Shown: positions 29,345 to 41,548 of the stretch, in pieces
Numbering within the stretch: the first letter of the stretch is position 1
Layout: each line of letters begins with the position of its first letter
From: Eledone cirrhosa
Lineage: Eukaryota
DNA: 64,000 nucleotides
Reading direction: 5' to 3'
Assembly (NCBI GenBank): GCA_964016885.1
Contig: OZ024742.1
Span: 9,920,001 to 9,984,000, forward strand
Position numbers and translations under genes: made by a program
Notes under the pieces: generated by a model
The model's database searches: none
What the model saw: the letters and a program-made list of their open reading frames with translations, nothing else
Told to the model about the DNA's origin: nothing

Positions 29345-29755
29345 AAAAGCGGTGAATCGGTAGAGCGTCGGACAATATGCTTTGCGGTATATGGGTACGC
29401 CATTTTGGAATATGAGTTTAAATTACGGCAAGGTTCCTTTTGCCTTTCATTTTTAGAGGGCCCGATAAAATAAATTACCAGTAATACACTGGGGTAGATT
29501 TAGCTGACTTTCCTCTCTCCCCAAATTGTTGTTCTTGTACCTAAATCAGAAACCATTATTATTAATGAGCGGTGGATTGGCAGTATCGGTAGAAGGTCGG
29601 ACACCATGCTTTGACGCATAGAGTTACGGCCCTTGCCATTCTGAGTTCAAATCCCGCCGAGGTTAACTTTGCCTTTCATCCTTACGGAGTCAATAAAATA
29701 CCAGTAATGTACTAGGTAATTTGCTGGCCTTGTGCCAAAAGTAGAAACAATTATT
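29345..29755 (+). mobile_element. Two head-to-tail SINE family 1 copies (about 29345-29560 and 29565-29755)
   Basis: Each has a tRNA-like head with a B box and the TTTGCCTTTCAT..ATAAAATA..CCAGTAA body. Confidence 0.8.
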
Positions 29756-30291
29756 AACAATCAACTGTAGTTACAGTTATTCGTTGTGTTTGAGATTTCT
29801 CCATTTTCCAAACGTCATTTATTTTAAATCCTACACTCATGTAGGATTTTGGTACATATTTCTAGCGTTTCCTTGATCTTTCTATATATTTCTCTCACCC
29901 AAGGTGAACATAATGAACACATTATATCGAGTGTTTATAACAATAATACATTTATATTTACCTTTCGCATTTGTACGTGCGTGAGTGCCTGGGTGTGTGC
30001 ATGTGTGTATGTGTGTGATTAGGCTTGTGTTTGTGTGTGTTTTCTTTAGTGGATATTCCCGGTAGTGTACAAAAACATTCTTAGTCTATCCGATGCAAAC
30101 ACGAAATCACAATGGCAGGAAATTAGAAAGATTATGAATCATAAAAATATAAGAGAATCTCTTTATTTTTTAACATAGATTCTGGCGAGTTTTCTATCGT
30201 CACATTCTTATTACTCTCTCTCTCTCTCTCTCTAGCTAGATAGCTATCTATATATCTGTCTAACAACATATATTTATTTTATCTATCTATC

Positions 30292-30322
<31 letters not shown>

Positions 30323-30383
30323 TATATATATATATACTGTTCGTACTGCACTCTTTGTTATTGTTTTTGTGTTTTGATTTTTA

Positions 30384-30444
<61 letters not shown>

Positions 30445-31214
30445 ATGTGTCTTCTCACCTGACTTTCAAATGAAATATCCTTTTGACGATTAACACCATT
30501 GTCTTGACTAAAACTATATATATTTGGATTCAGTTATGTGAGATCCCTGCCAATAATAATAATAAAGATAAAAGAATTGTTAATTCTCCCACTGCGTATT
30601 ATATATTACAGTAAAATATAACTCGCATTTGTTCTCTCAACTTTCTTTTCTTTGCTATTATTTGCTTCTTTTTTTCTTTTTTTTTTTTATTGTATGTGCC
30701 GAAATCTAGTGAAGGTAGTGCAAGTAAAATATGGCGACTATATAATGAGATAAGCAGTGAAATGTGATAAAGATTGATGAGACATGGAGACTTCTATGAT
30801 TTATATCGCATCTCTCATATGAGGGGAATTAATCGATTCATGTTATTATAAAATTTCAGATCCCTAGGATAATGTATCGACAATATATTTGCCGTTATTC
30901 TCACTACGTTTTTATTTAGATGCTAGAAATATCAGCTAAATCTCTCTCAAATAAAACTGAGTCTTTTATGAATTAAAGTTTCGGAGTTCTCTCCCCCGTT
31001 CATCAAGATCAGAATTTTTATTTAGATATTCACTTCTCTTCTCATTACAGGTATAATTTCTGTTGATGAACAATACTGTTTAACTATTTACATTATGTAT
31101 GTTAGACTGCACTTAACTATTAATTATTGTAGATCAGAGTGCTGCAGTTAGAATATAATTGATCTAATTGGGGAGCTAATTGATCATAAGCCTCTCTCGA
31201 ACCCGGGGGCTCAT

Positions 31215-31463
31215 CAGAGTGGTCCTTCCCCCGATTTCTGTAGTGTGAAGCGACTGTATAAGACTACCCACCTGAACAAGACACCAGTCCATCACAGGGC
31301 TAAACCCCCAGCTATTGCTGGTACTCATTTTTAGCTGAGAATACTGGGACAACGTGAAATGAGTGTGTCTTGCTCAAGAGCCCAACACACAACCCAAGTC
31401 ACAAATCAGACCCATGACATGAGGATCGTACATCCAACACACTAACCACTGGACCACATGCCT
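31215..31463 (-). mobile_element. CORE-like tRNA SINE, near full length
   Basis: Plus strand GTGAAGCGACTG..CCAGTCCATCACAGGG..TTGCTCAAG..CTAACCACTGGACCACATGCCT, homologous to 40525-40778. Confidence 0.75.
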
Positions 31464-31789
31464 AAGGGTCCAGCTGGTTAAAATAGCAGTAGTGCAACAA
31501 CACCAACATGAATGCAATCTTGAAACCTATGTCGTAACATGCAGTGTTTGTTATTGTCATGAGGTAAAATATAAATCTAGGCTAACAACAATCCAAGAAA
31601 CAACAGAATGTGGATATTGTAGCAATGAGCAGCGGCAAAAAAGACAAAGAAAACCTTTTGAAATCTTCACAAATATTTGATAATTCCTGTGTGTGACAGC
31701 TCACACCTATGCAGGTTTAGCTGGCCTCCTCCAAGGTATATCTCGATGGAGGTGTCTTGGGTAATTTAATGATAGGAACCCCAGTCCTA

Positions 31790-31922
31790 TCATCCATATC
31801 TGCAGCTGAGTAAACTGGAGCAACGTTAAATAAAGTGTTTTGCTCAAGGAAACAACACATCACCCGGTCCGAGAATTTAACTCACAACTTTTCGATTGCA
31901 ACCACTAAGCCAAGCGTCTTCA
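31790..31922 (-). mobile_element. CORE-like tRNA SINE fragment
   Basis: CAGCTGAGTAAACTGGAGCAACG..TTGCTCAAGGA..CCACTAAGCCAAGCGTCT. Confidence 0.7.
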
Positions 31923-33465
31923 CCTAATTCCTATGCCATGGGTAGACAAACCTTCTAACGTTCCACTTATTCTAGCTGATGCTATTTAACATAAACTATG
32001 AACAAATGTTTACTTTTATGCGGAAATCCCTCTCAATAATTTCTTACGACCTAGGTCGATGGTTTGTCAGTATAAATAAAGCATCAAACAATATGTTTTA
32101 CAGTATTTATTCACGATTTTTACGTTTTGAGTCTTGAGATCAAAACCCACGAACGTCAACTTTGTCTTTCAGCATTAAGTCCTGCGGTTAATTTAATCGT
32201 CTTTCCCATTCCCTTAAACTGCTGACCTTGTACCAATGGTAGAAAGACTTATTTTCTTATGTCTATATCTCAGGAAAACCATAAAACCATATGTACACAG
32301 ACATGATACAATTATACAAACCTCAGTCAACGAGAATTACCACTCAGAATACAGCTTGTTGGGTGATGCTCCAGCGTTATTGCAAAGTGTTAAGATATTC
32401 TTTCTGGAGGGGAGGGGCTTATGGAGCACAAGAACCAAACGCCTGTAATTTTAATCTCGTAGTGAATTCTCTAAACATATTTAATATATCTAATTCATTG
32501 ACGAGAACTTTATCGTATTTTTATACGAATTTTATCAAAGGAAATATTCACAGAAGTGACATAGCTCAAATTTAAAGATTTGTAAGGAATGAATCACACA
32601 TTTTATTAATTGCTCTTTAAAATTGTTACAAGCTCTACCACTGCCTGTTTCTCTCTCTGTCTTTCTCCCTTCTAACAGTCTCTCCCTCTCTCACCCTCTC
32701 TCTCTCTCGCCCTCTCTCAATATATATATGTTTTTTTCCTCTTCTGTTCAGCTTCTTAATAAACTTCTTCCTACCACCTCCCACTACATGCCTTACATTC
32801 ATTATATATCTAATCATTATCTCTATTGAAACAGTCATTCACCCGTGAAGATTTAATGGTTACAGTCATAATCTAGTCTCAAATAGCACTCTGCTGATAT
32901 CATCTCGTTTGTGTATAGTGGTCAGTATACCTCAAATCAGAAATAAATATGGTCAATCATAAATGAACATGCTGATTCTTTCACAACTAGTCTGTGGAAA
33001 CTGATTGAGTACGTGAGGCAAAGAGAGATAGTAAACTCTTCTGAGGTAAACTCTGGTGTACAAACATTGTAGCTAACATCATGTACACGAAAGCTGTGCT
33101 AAAAAACATTTGATCCAGCTCTCCTATCTGGGGCTAACTGGATATTTTAATACTCTACATCTAACTCCAGTCTGTTATGGGCTTCTGAAACATGAAGTAT
33201 TTACGTGGTCACTCAATTTGCTAAACATAGTAAATTTTTCTCAAATTACACGCTAACTTGCTTTTTATATATATCACATAAGAAACGGAGAATCAGTGGT
33301 GCGACGAATTAAAATTTATTAGACATATTACAATCGTTTCTCTGGCGACCAACTTGAAATCCTAGATACGTCTCGATTCTTCGAAGCAGAGTTTCCAAAT
33401 GCTCTGTCAGAGCATCGAGTGCTCAAACGGCCTACCGCATACGGACGCTTTAAGAATCTCACACC

Positions 33466-33496
<31 letters not shown>

Positions 33497-33862
33497 CGAA
33501 ACCAGAAACCCTATCTTGAATTCTAAACTACACTACAACCACATCCCCATGTGACCGTGACATCAAATATATGACTGCCGTAGTTAATATTTCTCATAAA
33601 CACTACACTCGATTTAAATGTTCCAATAAACATTAATTACAATTGTATTTTTGTTTGCATAACGACAAACGAATATCGTGCCCCGAAATGTGTATTATAC
33701 CGAAGTCTAGCTCCAGATATTAGTAACTTAGTATCTCTAGGTACACTTAGACTGCAGTCATGGCCACATTTATGTAACATATTAACTGTACAATGATGTA
33801 CAGAATATGTTATTGTGCCTCATTGTGCCTTACTTCCCGATATACAAAGGCAGAAGGAAACT

Positions 33863-34025
33863 ATATTTCCAGATGTATAAAGACATATTTCCAGATGTAC
33901 AAAGACATATTTCCAGATGTACAAAGACATATTTCCAGATGTACAAAGAAGTATATTTGTAGATGTACAAGGACATGTATTTTTATATGTACAATGACAT
34001 ATTTTCAGATGTAAAAGACATATTT
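33863..34025. repeat. 22-bp tandem repeat (CATATTTCCAGATGTACAAAGA), about 4 good copies plus degenerate ones
   Basis: Directly visible. Confidence 0.85.
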
Positions 34026-35096
34026 ATTGATGTATATTTATTGATGTTATAAATATATATATTTATAAACGTAGAAAGACAGATGGCAAACTTAACCTTA
34101 AATACAGACTCTAATTGTGTCATCAGATGAACATAATAAAGCAATACATTATAGAGAAGCCCCCCCAAACGAAGTTTATATATAAATTGGAACATATAGC
34201 AAACATATTTGTGGCTGGGTTGGAGACCACCTGCAAAAATTTACATTTCAAATAACACATTCTCTGATCAATCCACATATATTGATTCTCTCCTTGCAAC
34301 CGGATCAACTAATTCAGGGATAAATGTTAACAAACACACAATCACACTCATACAGTTTTTCGAATATTAATAATAACATTCGATTCGTTTGCAATTATGC
34401 AAACAAGCTTCATTTTTTTATATATATAAATATATACGCATATACATATATACACACACGCACACATATATGTATGCCTACACATACACAGAGACACATA
34501 CACACACATATATATATATATATATATACCTTTACATATATATATGTGTGTATGTATTATATATATATGTGCATACACTCTCACACATAGACACATACAC
34601 ACATACATACATATATACATACATGCACACATTCATACATACATACATACATACATACATACATACATACATACATACATACATACATTCATACATACAT
34701 ACATACATACATACATACATACATACATACACATTAAATGACCTTCCTTTACTAGAATGATTTGAGAAACCGAGTTTTTTATGAGAGTCATATCATGAAC
34801 GAGTTCCCTCATATCCGGTTCCAGCAATCTTCGTACTAATTACTCTAGTGTCATGCTGGGTGATGCATTAGGTTGAGTTCATCGGGTACATTCGAAAAGA
34901 TGGCGATACTGCAGGAGGTAGCTTTATACTAAGAATTACGACTTGAAGAAAATTCATTGCAATTTTTAAAGTTATTTTTAGTGGCATAAGAGACGATAAA
35001 ACATATAGCTACTCCCGTGCATGGCCGCACGCATGAGTGCACAAGCACACGCACATACAATCATACATATGATACATATGATACATACATACATAT

Positions 35097-35166
<70 letters not shown>

Positions 35167-35183
35167 AGAGAGATGGAGAAAGA

Positions 35184-35242
<59 letters not shown>

Positions 35243-35353
35243 AGAACACTGGAAGGTAATATCCGTAGTGGTAATATCCGTAGAGTTTGGTAGAAGTAGT
35301 AACATAAGGTGAAACGATTGTTCTCGGAATGGTGAACTAATTGTTGTGTTACT

Positions 35354-35884
<531 letters not shown>

Positions 35885-36226
35885 ATATATATATATATAA
35901 CAATGAATTAGATGCCTGTAAGTTAGAATTTACCTCACTTATTTGTTATGAAATCATTGGTATACTTATTTCGAAGGCATCTGTTATATATCTGTGTGTG
36001 TGTAGTGGAGGGGGGATACATATATTTATATACACCTAATAACCTATATCTGGATTTACTTCCATATAGTTGAATCTGGCATAAATAAGAACTGCTAACT
36101 AACCTTTTCTTTACTTTTCATTCCATTGTTGAAATGCACGTAAGTCTAGTAAATTTGCAGTAAATTCCGCCTGTGTACTTAGTTTTATTATTTCTTATTA
36201 TATATATATATTATATATGTGTGTGA

Positions 36227-36285
<59 letters not shown>

Positions 36286-36571
36286 CAAATAACGAAACGA
36301 AATTAAATTTCGTTTCGTTTGTAACTCACTTTTGTATGACTGACGCTTAAGCAATTAAGTTAAATGTACATCCACATATGTATACTGAAATACTAGTATG
36401 CATACGAATACACACACGTGTACATATGTAGATGTACCGAGTTTTTCACTGGTCACTTTACTGTGAGTGTCCAGCTATTCTGTATGTAAACACACAGACA
36501 AACCGGTTTTTAGAGTCATACTGGTTTTTGAGGAAACACCTTTCCTCTATTCTCCAGAAAGCCAGACAAGG

Positions 36572-36616
36572 AATATTGGACTAGTTTCGATGTTGTTACA
36601 TCTCATCAGCAATATT
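36572..36616 (-). ncRNA. Canonical minimal type I hammerhead ribozyme
   Basis: aatattg-CTGATGA-gatgt-aaca-acatc-GAAAC-ta-GTC-caatatt. Perfect 7-bp stem I, 5-bp stem II, palindromic stem III ACTAGT, GUC site. Confidence 0.88.
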
Positions 36617-36934
36617 TACCTATCTTCCGGCCTTTCTAGAGAATCGTAAAAGCACATATCGTTATATGCTTTTTCTATGAAATATATATATATATATAAG
36701 AAGTTAATATCGCCACAGGTACTAAGTACCCCTGGAAATATATAGGGTGTCTATGATACAATGGTTGTTCAATGGTATTACTTTGACATACCAGAACTAT
36801 AAAATTGAGGTAAGCGGAGCAAGTAAGATTCAAACAATTTTTTTAAATAAATTAAAAAATATAATTTAAATATTTACCTATTCCAATTGCTTTTACCGAA
36901 CGGTTTCACTTCAATATATATATATATATATATA

Positions 36935-38387
36935 CGGGATAACAAGTTATCGTTATAGGCAATCCACTTAGAGGTAGTCCAGTTAGAGTACTCCGTGTTG
37001 TGGATGGTATTAACGTATGGCTTAGTTTGTCTCAACAAGACGCTTCCATAGTGATGCAGCGAGTTCGCGGTTATTTCTATGTAGGTTATATTTGGAGTAA
37101 TAATAATTCAAGAAATAAGAGTAACATGTTGTCTGTACAATAAGGACTTTATTCACAGTGCTGACAATTGTTTCTTTGATCTGGTAGGTCTAGAGCTCGC
37201 TAATCGCTTGATGTTGCGTCAATCGATCTCCACTACTTTGTTATAACCAGTCAATTTATTAGAGCGTGCGGATGTGAGGAAAATACGCAAGGCATGGCTT
37301 TTATAGAGGAGTGGTATTAGACCAGAACAGTAATATCAATAACAAAATAACTAGATACTGAATAGTTAAAATAATAACATCAATATGAATAAGAAATAGA
37401 ATATAATGATAAAACTAGCATGGTAAACGAACTGATGATACAGATGTATGAAATTGACATGTGAGGACTACTATAGGGTATATTATATGTAGTATTTGAG
37501 GGATGAAGAGATAACTAATAAAATGTACTCAGATTAAAATTTTGGAATCTACACTTTAAGTGCAATTATGAGGGATCTAGATACAAGTGTGGTGTGGGTC
37601 TAAAAGCACACTAGCAATAAACCGGAGATTGATTTATAGTTTGACAGTATTTTCGTTGTATCAACTTAGTGAAATTGATAGAGTGAGTGTATAAAGATAT
37701 GTGGTTCTTAGGTGATATTAAGTGAAATTGTAGATTTTAAGGTTTAGGTGGCTTATTCTAAATGTTGGGACTGCTAGTTCGAATCATGGGGTTTAGTTTT
37801 CACAACATCAATAACAAATAGCGTATAATTAAGACAATAACATCAACAATAAAATATGCATAGTAAATAGATAGAGAACATGATGAATAAAATTAGGGAT
37901 AGGGTACATTGAGATGATCATAATAATAATAAGAAAATAAGAGTTTCAAGGGGTTTAAGAGTAATAACTTAGAATTAAGTTCATCTGTTAGAGATCATGG
38001 GTGCTAATATGAGATATGTAGATATAATTGTTTGGTTCGAAAGAATAAACAACAGCAAAGACGAGATTGATTTATGGGCTGACAAGATAATTGGTAAATC
38101 TTTGTAGACATTGCTGTCCTATCTTGGTGGTATAGATGTAGGGAGGCTGCAAGGTGTTTATTGAAGATTATGGTTGTGTGAGAATGCGGATTTCATACGT
38201 TAAATTCTAAGTGATTTTCCATTAATTTTGGGGATGCTGTTTCGAATCACGGTGGTTTAAATCCCGTAAATTTAGTAGCAATACTATGTCTACAGAAAAT
38301 TGACTTTTTTATTTTGCTGATATGTAGGAATTCAAGGTTGCAGAGCCCGCAATGGGACATACCGCTGCTATAGGTCTTTGCGGCCGC
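36935..38387 (-). mobile_element. 5'-truncated Penelope-like element (second family) inserted between (TA)n tracts
   Basis: 38387-38247 translates to AAAKTYSSGMSHCGLCNLEFLHISKIKKSIFCRHSIATKFTGFKPP*, matching the C-terminus of the 41549 ORF (CKLCNLE..LFCRH..F..YKP). It is followed by a long 3' UTR with a decayed hammerhead (CTAATAA..GAAACAATTGTC, about 37150-37265). Confidence 0.8.
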
Positions 38388-38624
38388 TATATATATATAT
38401 ATATTTTTCTCATCCGTCTATTTTTCACTCCCAACCTAGTACCTTCAATATGCCCAATCTCAAATCTTTTCTCCGTCAGCTCCATTCTACTCCCAAGCGC
38501 TTCCTCCATTCTCCCACCCCTATGTGCATCCAATCCCCCACAGTTTTGCAAGAGATGTCAACATGAATGGACCTGTTATTTTTTATCTAAAAACATTTTT
38601 TCCACTTCCAACCCACCCGTCCCC

Positions 38625-38660
38625 TCTTCTGATGAAAGACTAGCGTCCGAAACGTTTAGA
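38625..38660 (+). ncRNA. Minimal hammerhead-like motif in a microsatellite-flanked insert (about 38405-38750)
   Basis: tctt-CTGATGA-aagactagcgtcc-GAAACGTT-taga. Palindromic stem III AACGTT; stems I and II are weak. Confidence 0.55.
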
Positions 38661-38747
38661 CCCTCTTCCTGCTATATCAAGCTTTAACCTAATATATCCC
38701 TTCCATATCCATATACTATACCGATTGTGTTGTTATTTCTGCTTACC

Positions 38748-38801
<54 letters not shown>

Positions 38802-39090
38802 TATATATATATATATATATATATATAGGCATACCGCCTATGGAAGCATCATAGCTACCATCAAACACACATACATATATATATATATTCATATATATTG
38901 AAATAAAAACATTTTATTCATTATGCACCATAAAATAGCTCGATACATAATAAACCAAAAACTAAATTCATTTATAGAAATTATATTTTGCTGTAATTAT
39001 GTATAGTCTGTTAAACGTAGGTATTGTAAGTAAATATATATGTATCTATGTATTTATGTGTGTACGTATGTATGTATGTATGTATGTATT

Positions 39091-39380
39091 TATCATCTTG
39101 GTTAAGAGAGTGGGACAGGCTTTGTGCAGTGCCTTTGCTCACTATAAAAGCTTCACGGCACAGGCATTGCATTATATCTGGAGATCTCTCTGCACTTGTC
39201 GTCACATGGTACCATGGGCCCAGCACTATGTGTCAATAATTGTCACAAGTGTAGTGTTTGTACCAGAGTTTTCAAGTCGTTGGCTGGACTAAAAAGTCAC
39301 ACTCGTTCAGCGCATCGGTAGGGGTTCTCCTACATGGTTATAAAGTAGTGGCCGTACTCGAAAACGAGTTGGCAGCCACC
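39091..39380 (+). mobile_element. RTE-derived non-autonomous retroelement, 5'-truncated copy
   Basis: Near-identical to the copies at 45608, 47122 and 47553. 39241-39321 encodes CHKCSVCTRVFKSLAGLKSHTRSAHR*, a C2H2 finger typical of RTE-clade ORF ends. Flanked by (ATGT)n. Confidence 0.75.
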
Positions 39381-40524
39381 ATGTATGTATGTATACGTCT
39401 ACATCTCTCTCTCTCTCTCAATATATATATGTATATACATCTCGACGCAATAACGCCACCAGAATATTGTCTATTTGGTTAAATCAGTTGATTACAGTGA
39501 AACTTTCATTAAAAGTAAATTCGTGAGTTATCTAATTGTTATGATAATCGTGACTAAAATATGTTATCAACTACATAAGAAACTCTTAATGAGCTTACGT
39601 TTGCGTCACACACAAAATTATACATATAGATTTCAGTTTTATCACAAATATTTCGGCTTCTTTATTAATCTTTTATGTATTTTTAGTTGTTTTATTATCT
39701 CTATTTGCAAAGTTGTTTGAAAGAGAAGCCTCGTATGTGAACGTAAGTCACTTTTACAAGATTGTTTATGTTGTGAGAAATGAGAAATATTTTCCGAGAA
39801 ATTACAGGCATTCTTGTAACATTTTTTTAAGGCGTTTCAAAGTTGTTTCTGTGAAACCCAGGTCTTCCCTTTCTTATCATCTCAAATAATTCACCCTTAG
39901 TTTCCTGTCTTAAAATCATATCTATGGAGACTGGAAGCAAGGGTCAAGAGTCGATGTCAAAGAATTAAGATATACAATGTTTTGTATTTATCACACTTTC
40001 TACATATTCTATTAACAGCTTTGAATTAGCAAGTCTTTGAGAAATAGAAATATTCTTTAGTAAATATGACATTGGATACTTGTAGACACATTAAGTAGTT
40101 ACACGAATTAAGTAGCCCGACTAATGTAGATATATATCATTATCTTCATCATTTGACGTCTGGTCTTTTCCCTCACACAATCGCCCCCCCTCCCACACAC
40201 ACAGCCATAGATATATTTGATATATATTTATCCTTATTGAGCCCTCTTTGGATTTTAGTCTTCGTATTTATTATTATTACTATATGTATATATATATATA
40301 AGTATTTCAGAGGGTGGTTAGGAATAATTGACCTCCTTGAGGGGAACAATCTGTTGAACTTCAACTGTCATGGATTCCATGATGGTAGGGCCTACCTGAC
40401 ATAGTTTCTACAACCTTTTGAGGACATCAGAAAATGTTTGGGAGATGGCATTAACCCTGGTCTTATTTCAATCTATGTCTCCTCTCGCTGTATGTCTAAG
40501 TCTAAAGTCTGTTTTAAACCAGAA

Positions 40525-40778
40525 GGCTCATTTGACCGGTGCTTATCCCGGTTTCATGGCGTGAAGCGACTGAGAGTACAAGACTCCCCCTGGACAAGAC
40601 GCCAGTCCATCGCAGGGTTAAACCTCCAGCTATTGCTGGTACTTATTTCAGCTGAGTATACTGGAGCAACGTGAAATTAAGAGTTTTGCACAAGGAGATA
40701 ACACGCAATCCACGAATCGAGCCCACGACATTTTGACTGTAGGTCCAACACCCTTACCACGAGGCCACGTGCCTCCAC
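40525..40778 (-). mobile_element. CORE-like tRNA SINE, near full length
   Basis: Minus strand begins GGAGGCACGTGGCCTCGTGGTAAGGG (A box) .. GGCTCGATTC (B box) .. CCTTGTGCAAAAC; homologous to 31215-31463. Confidence 0.78.
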
Positions 40779-40783
40779 ATCTA

Positions 40784-40842
<59 letters not shown>

Positions 40843-40847
<5 letters not shown>

Positions 40848-41384
40848 TGTGTATATATATGTAAGTATGAATATGTGAATTGTGAGTATATGTATTTTGT
40901 AGAGGTGTGCAAATATATTTGTGTGTGAATGCGTGGGTGAAAGGATACGTACACTTGAAAGAAAAATTTAAGTCTGAATGTTAATTAAGTGCAAACACAA
41001 AACCAACCACGCATATCTTTACTATCTCTAATCCTTCTATAGATTTAGAAAAATAACCAATAATATATTCTATAAAAAATGTCAAAACAACAGATGGGAA
41101 TCTAATTACTCACTGCCACCAAGAATTCTCACTGCTATCGAAAAACCACTCCTTCAAATATTCTTCTAACAACTTCACCCCTCCCTCCTAATATTCTCTA
41201 TAAAAACTAAATAGGTCCTCAGTAATATTATTCTGATGAAATGACAGTAAATAATAACATTGAAATATTGAATGTCTGCATAACTAAAAGTTTGTAGATA
41301 GCTGTTTTAGGTTATGTAACTGTTATAGAAACACGTGTCAATAAATTCCTTTCAACTAAACTGTATCCATTCAAATCTTTCTAT
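40843..41384 (+). repeat. 5' pseudo-LTR (542 bp)
   Basis: Matches 44428-44969 at offset 3585; one substitution noticed by eye (caaatattc vs caactattc). Confidence 0.95.
41228..41344 (+). ncRNA. Type I hammerhead ribozyme with extended branched stem II (5' pLTR)
   Basis: ttatt-CTGATGA-a-atgacagt...actgttat-a-GAAAC-acgt-GTC-aataa. Palindromic stem III ACACGTGT; predicted cleavage after C41339. Confidence 0.8.
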
Positions 41385-41548
41385 TTTTCTCCGGATTACT
41401 TTTGGAACTACAACTGGAACCGTCGAGCAAACTCTACGTGAGCTGATAATCTACTGTGTGTAATATTTATATTACAACACAACGGAAAATACTGTATATT
41501 TACCTCCTGTAAAGTCGAGCAACCCACACAGCAAACGCAACCACAACA

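Noticed and set aside
33275-33470. Complete hammerhead on the minus strand (GAAACGATTGTA)
   Set aside because: Only the 3' half is plausible; no core with a matching stem I was found, so it is noted only as a relative of the 35461 insert.
39241-39321. C2H2 zinc-finger host gene exon
   Set aside because: A single finger inside a four-copy interspersed repeat, with upstream stops and a microsatellite tail; fits a retroelement ORF end.
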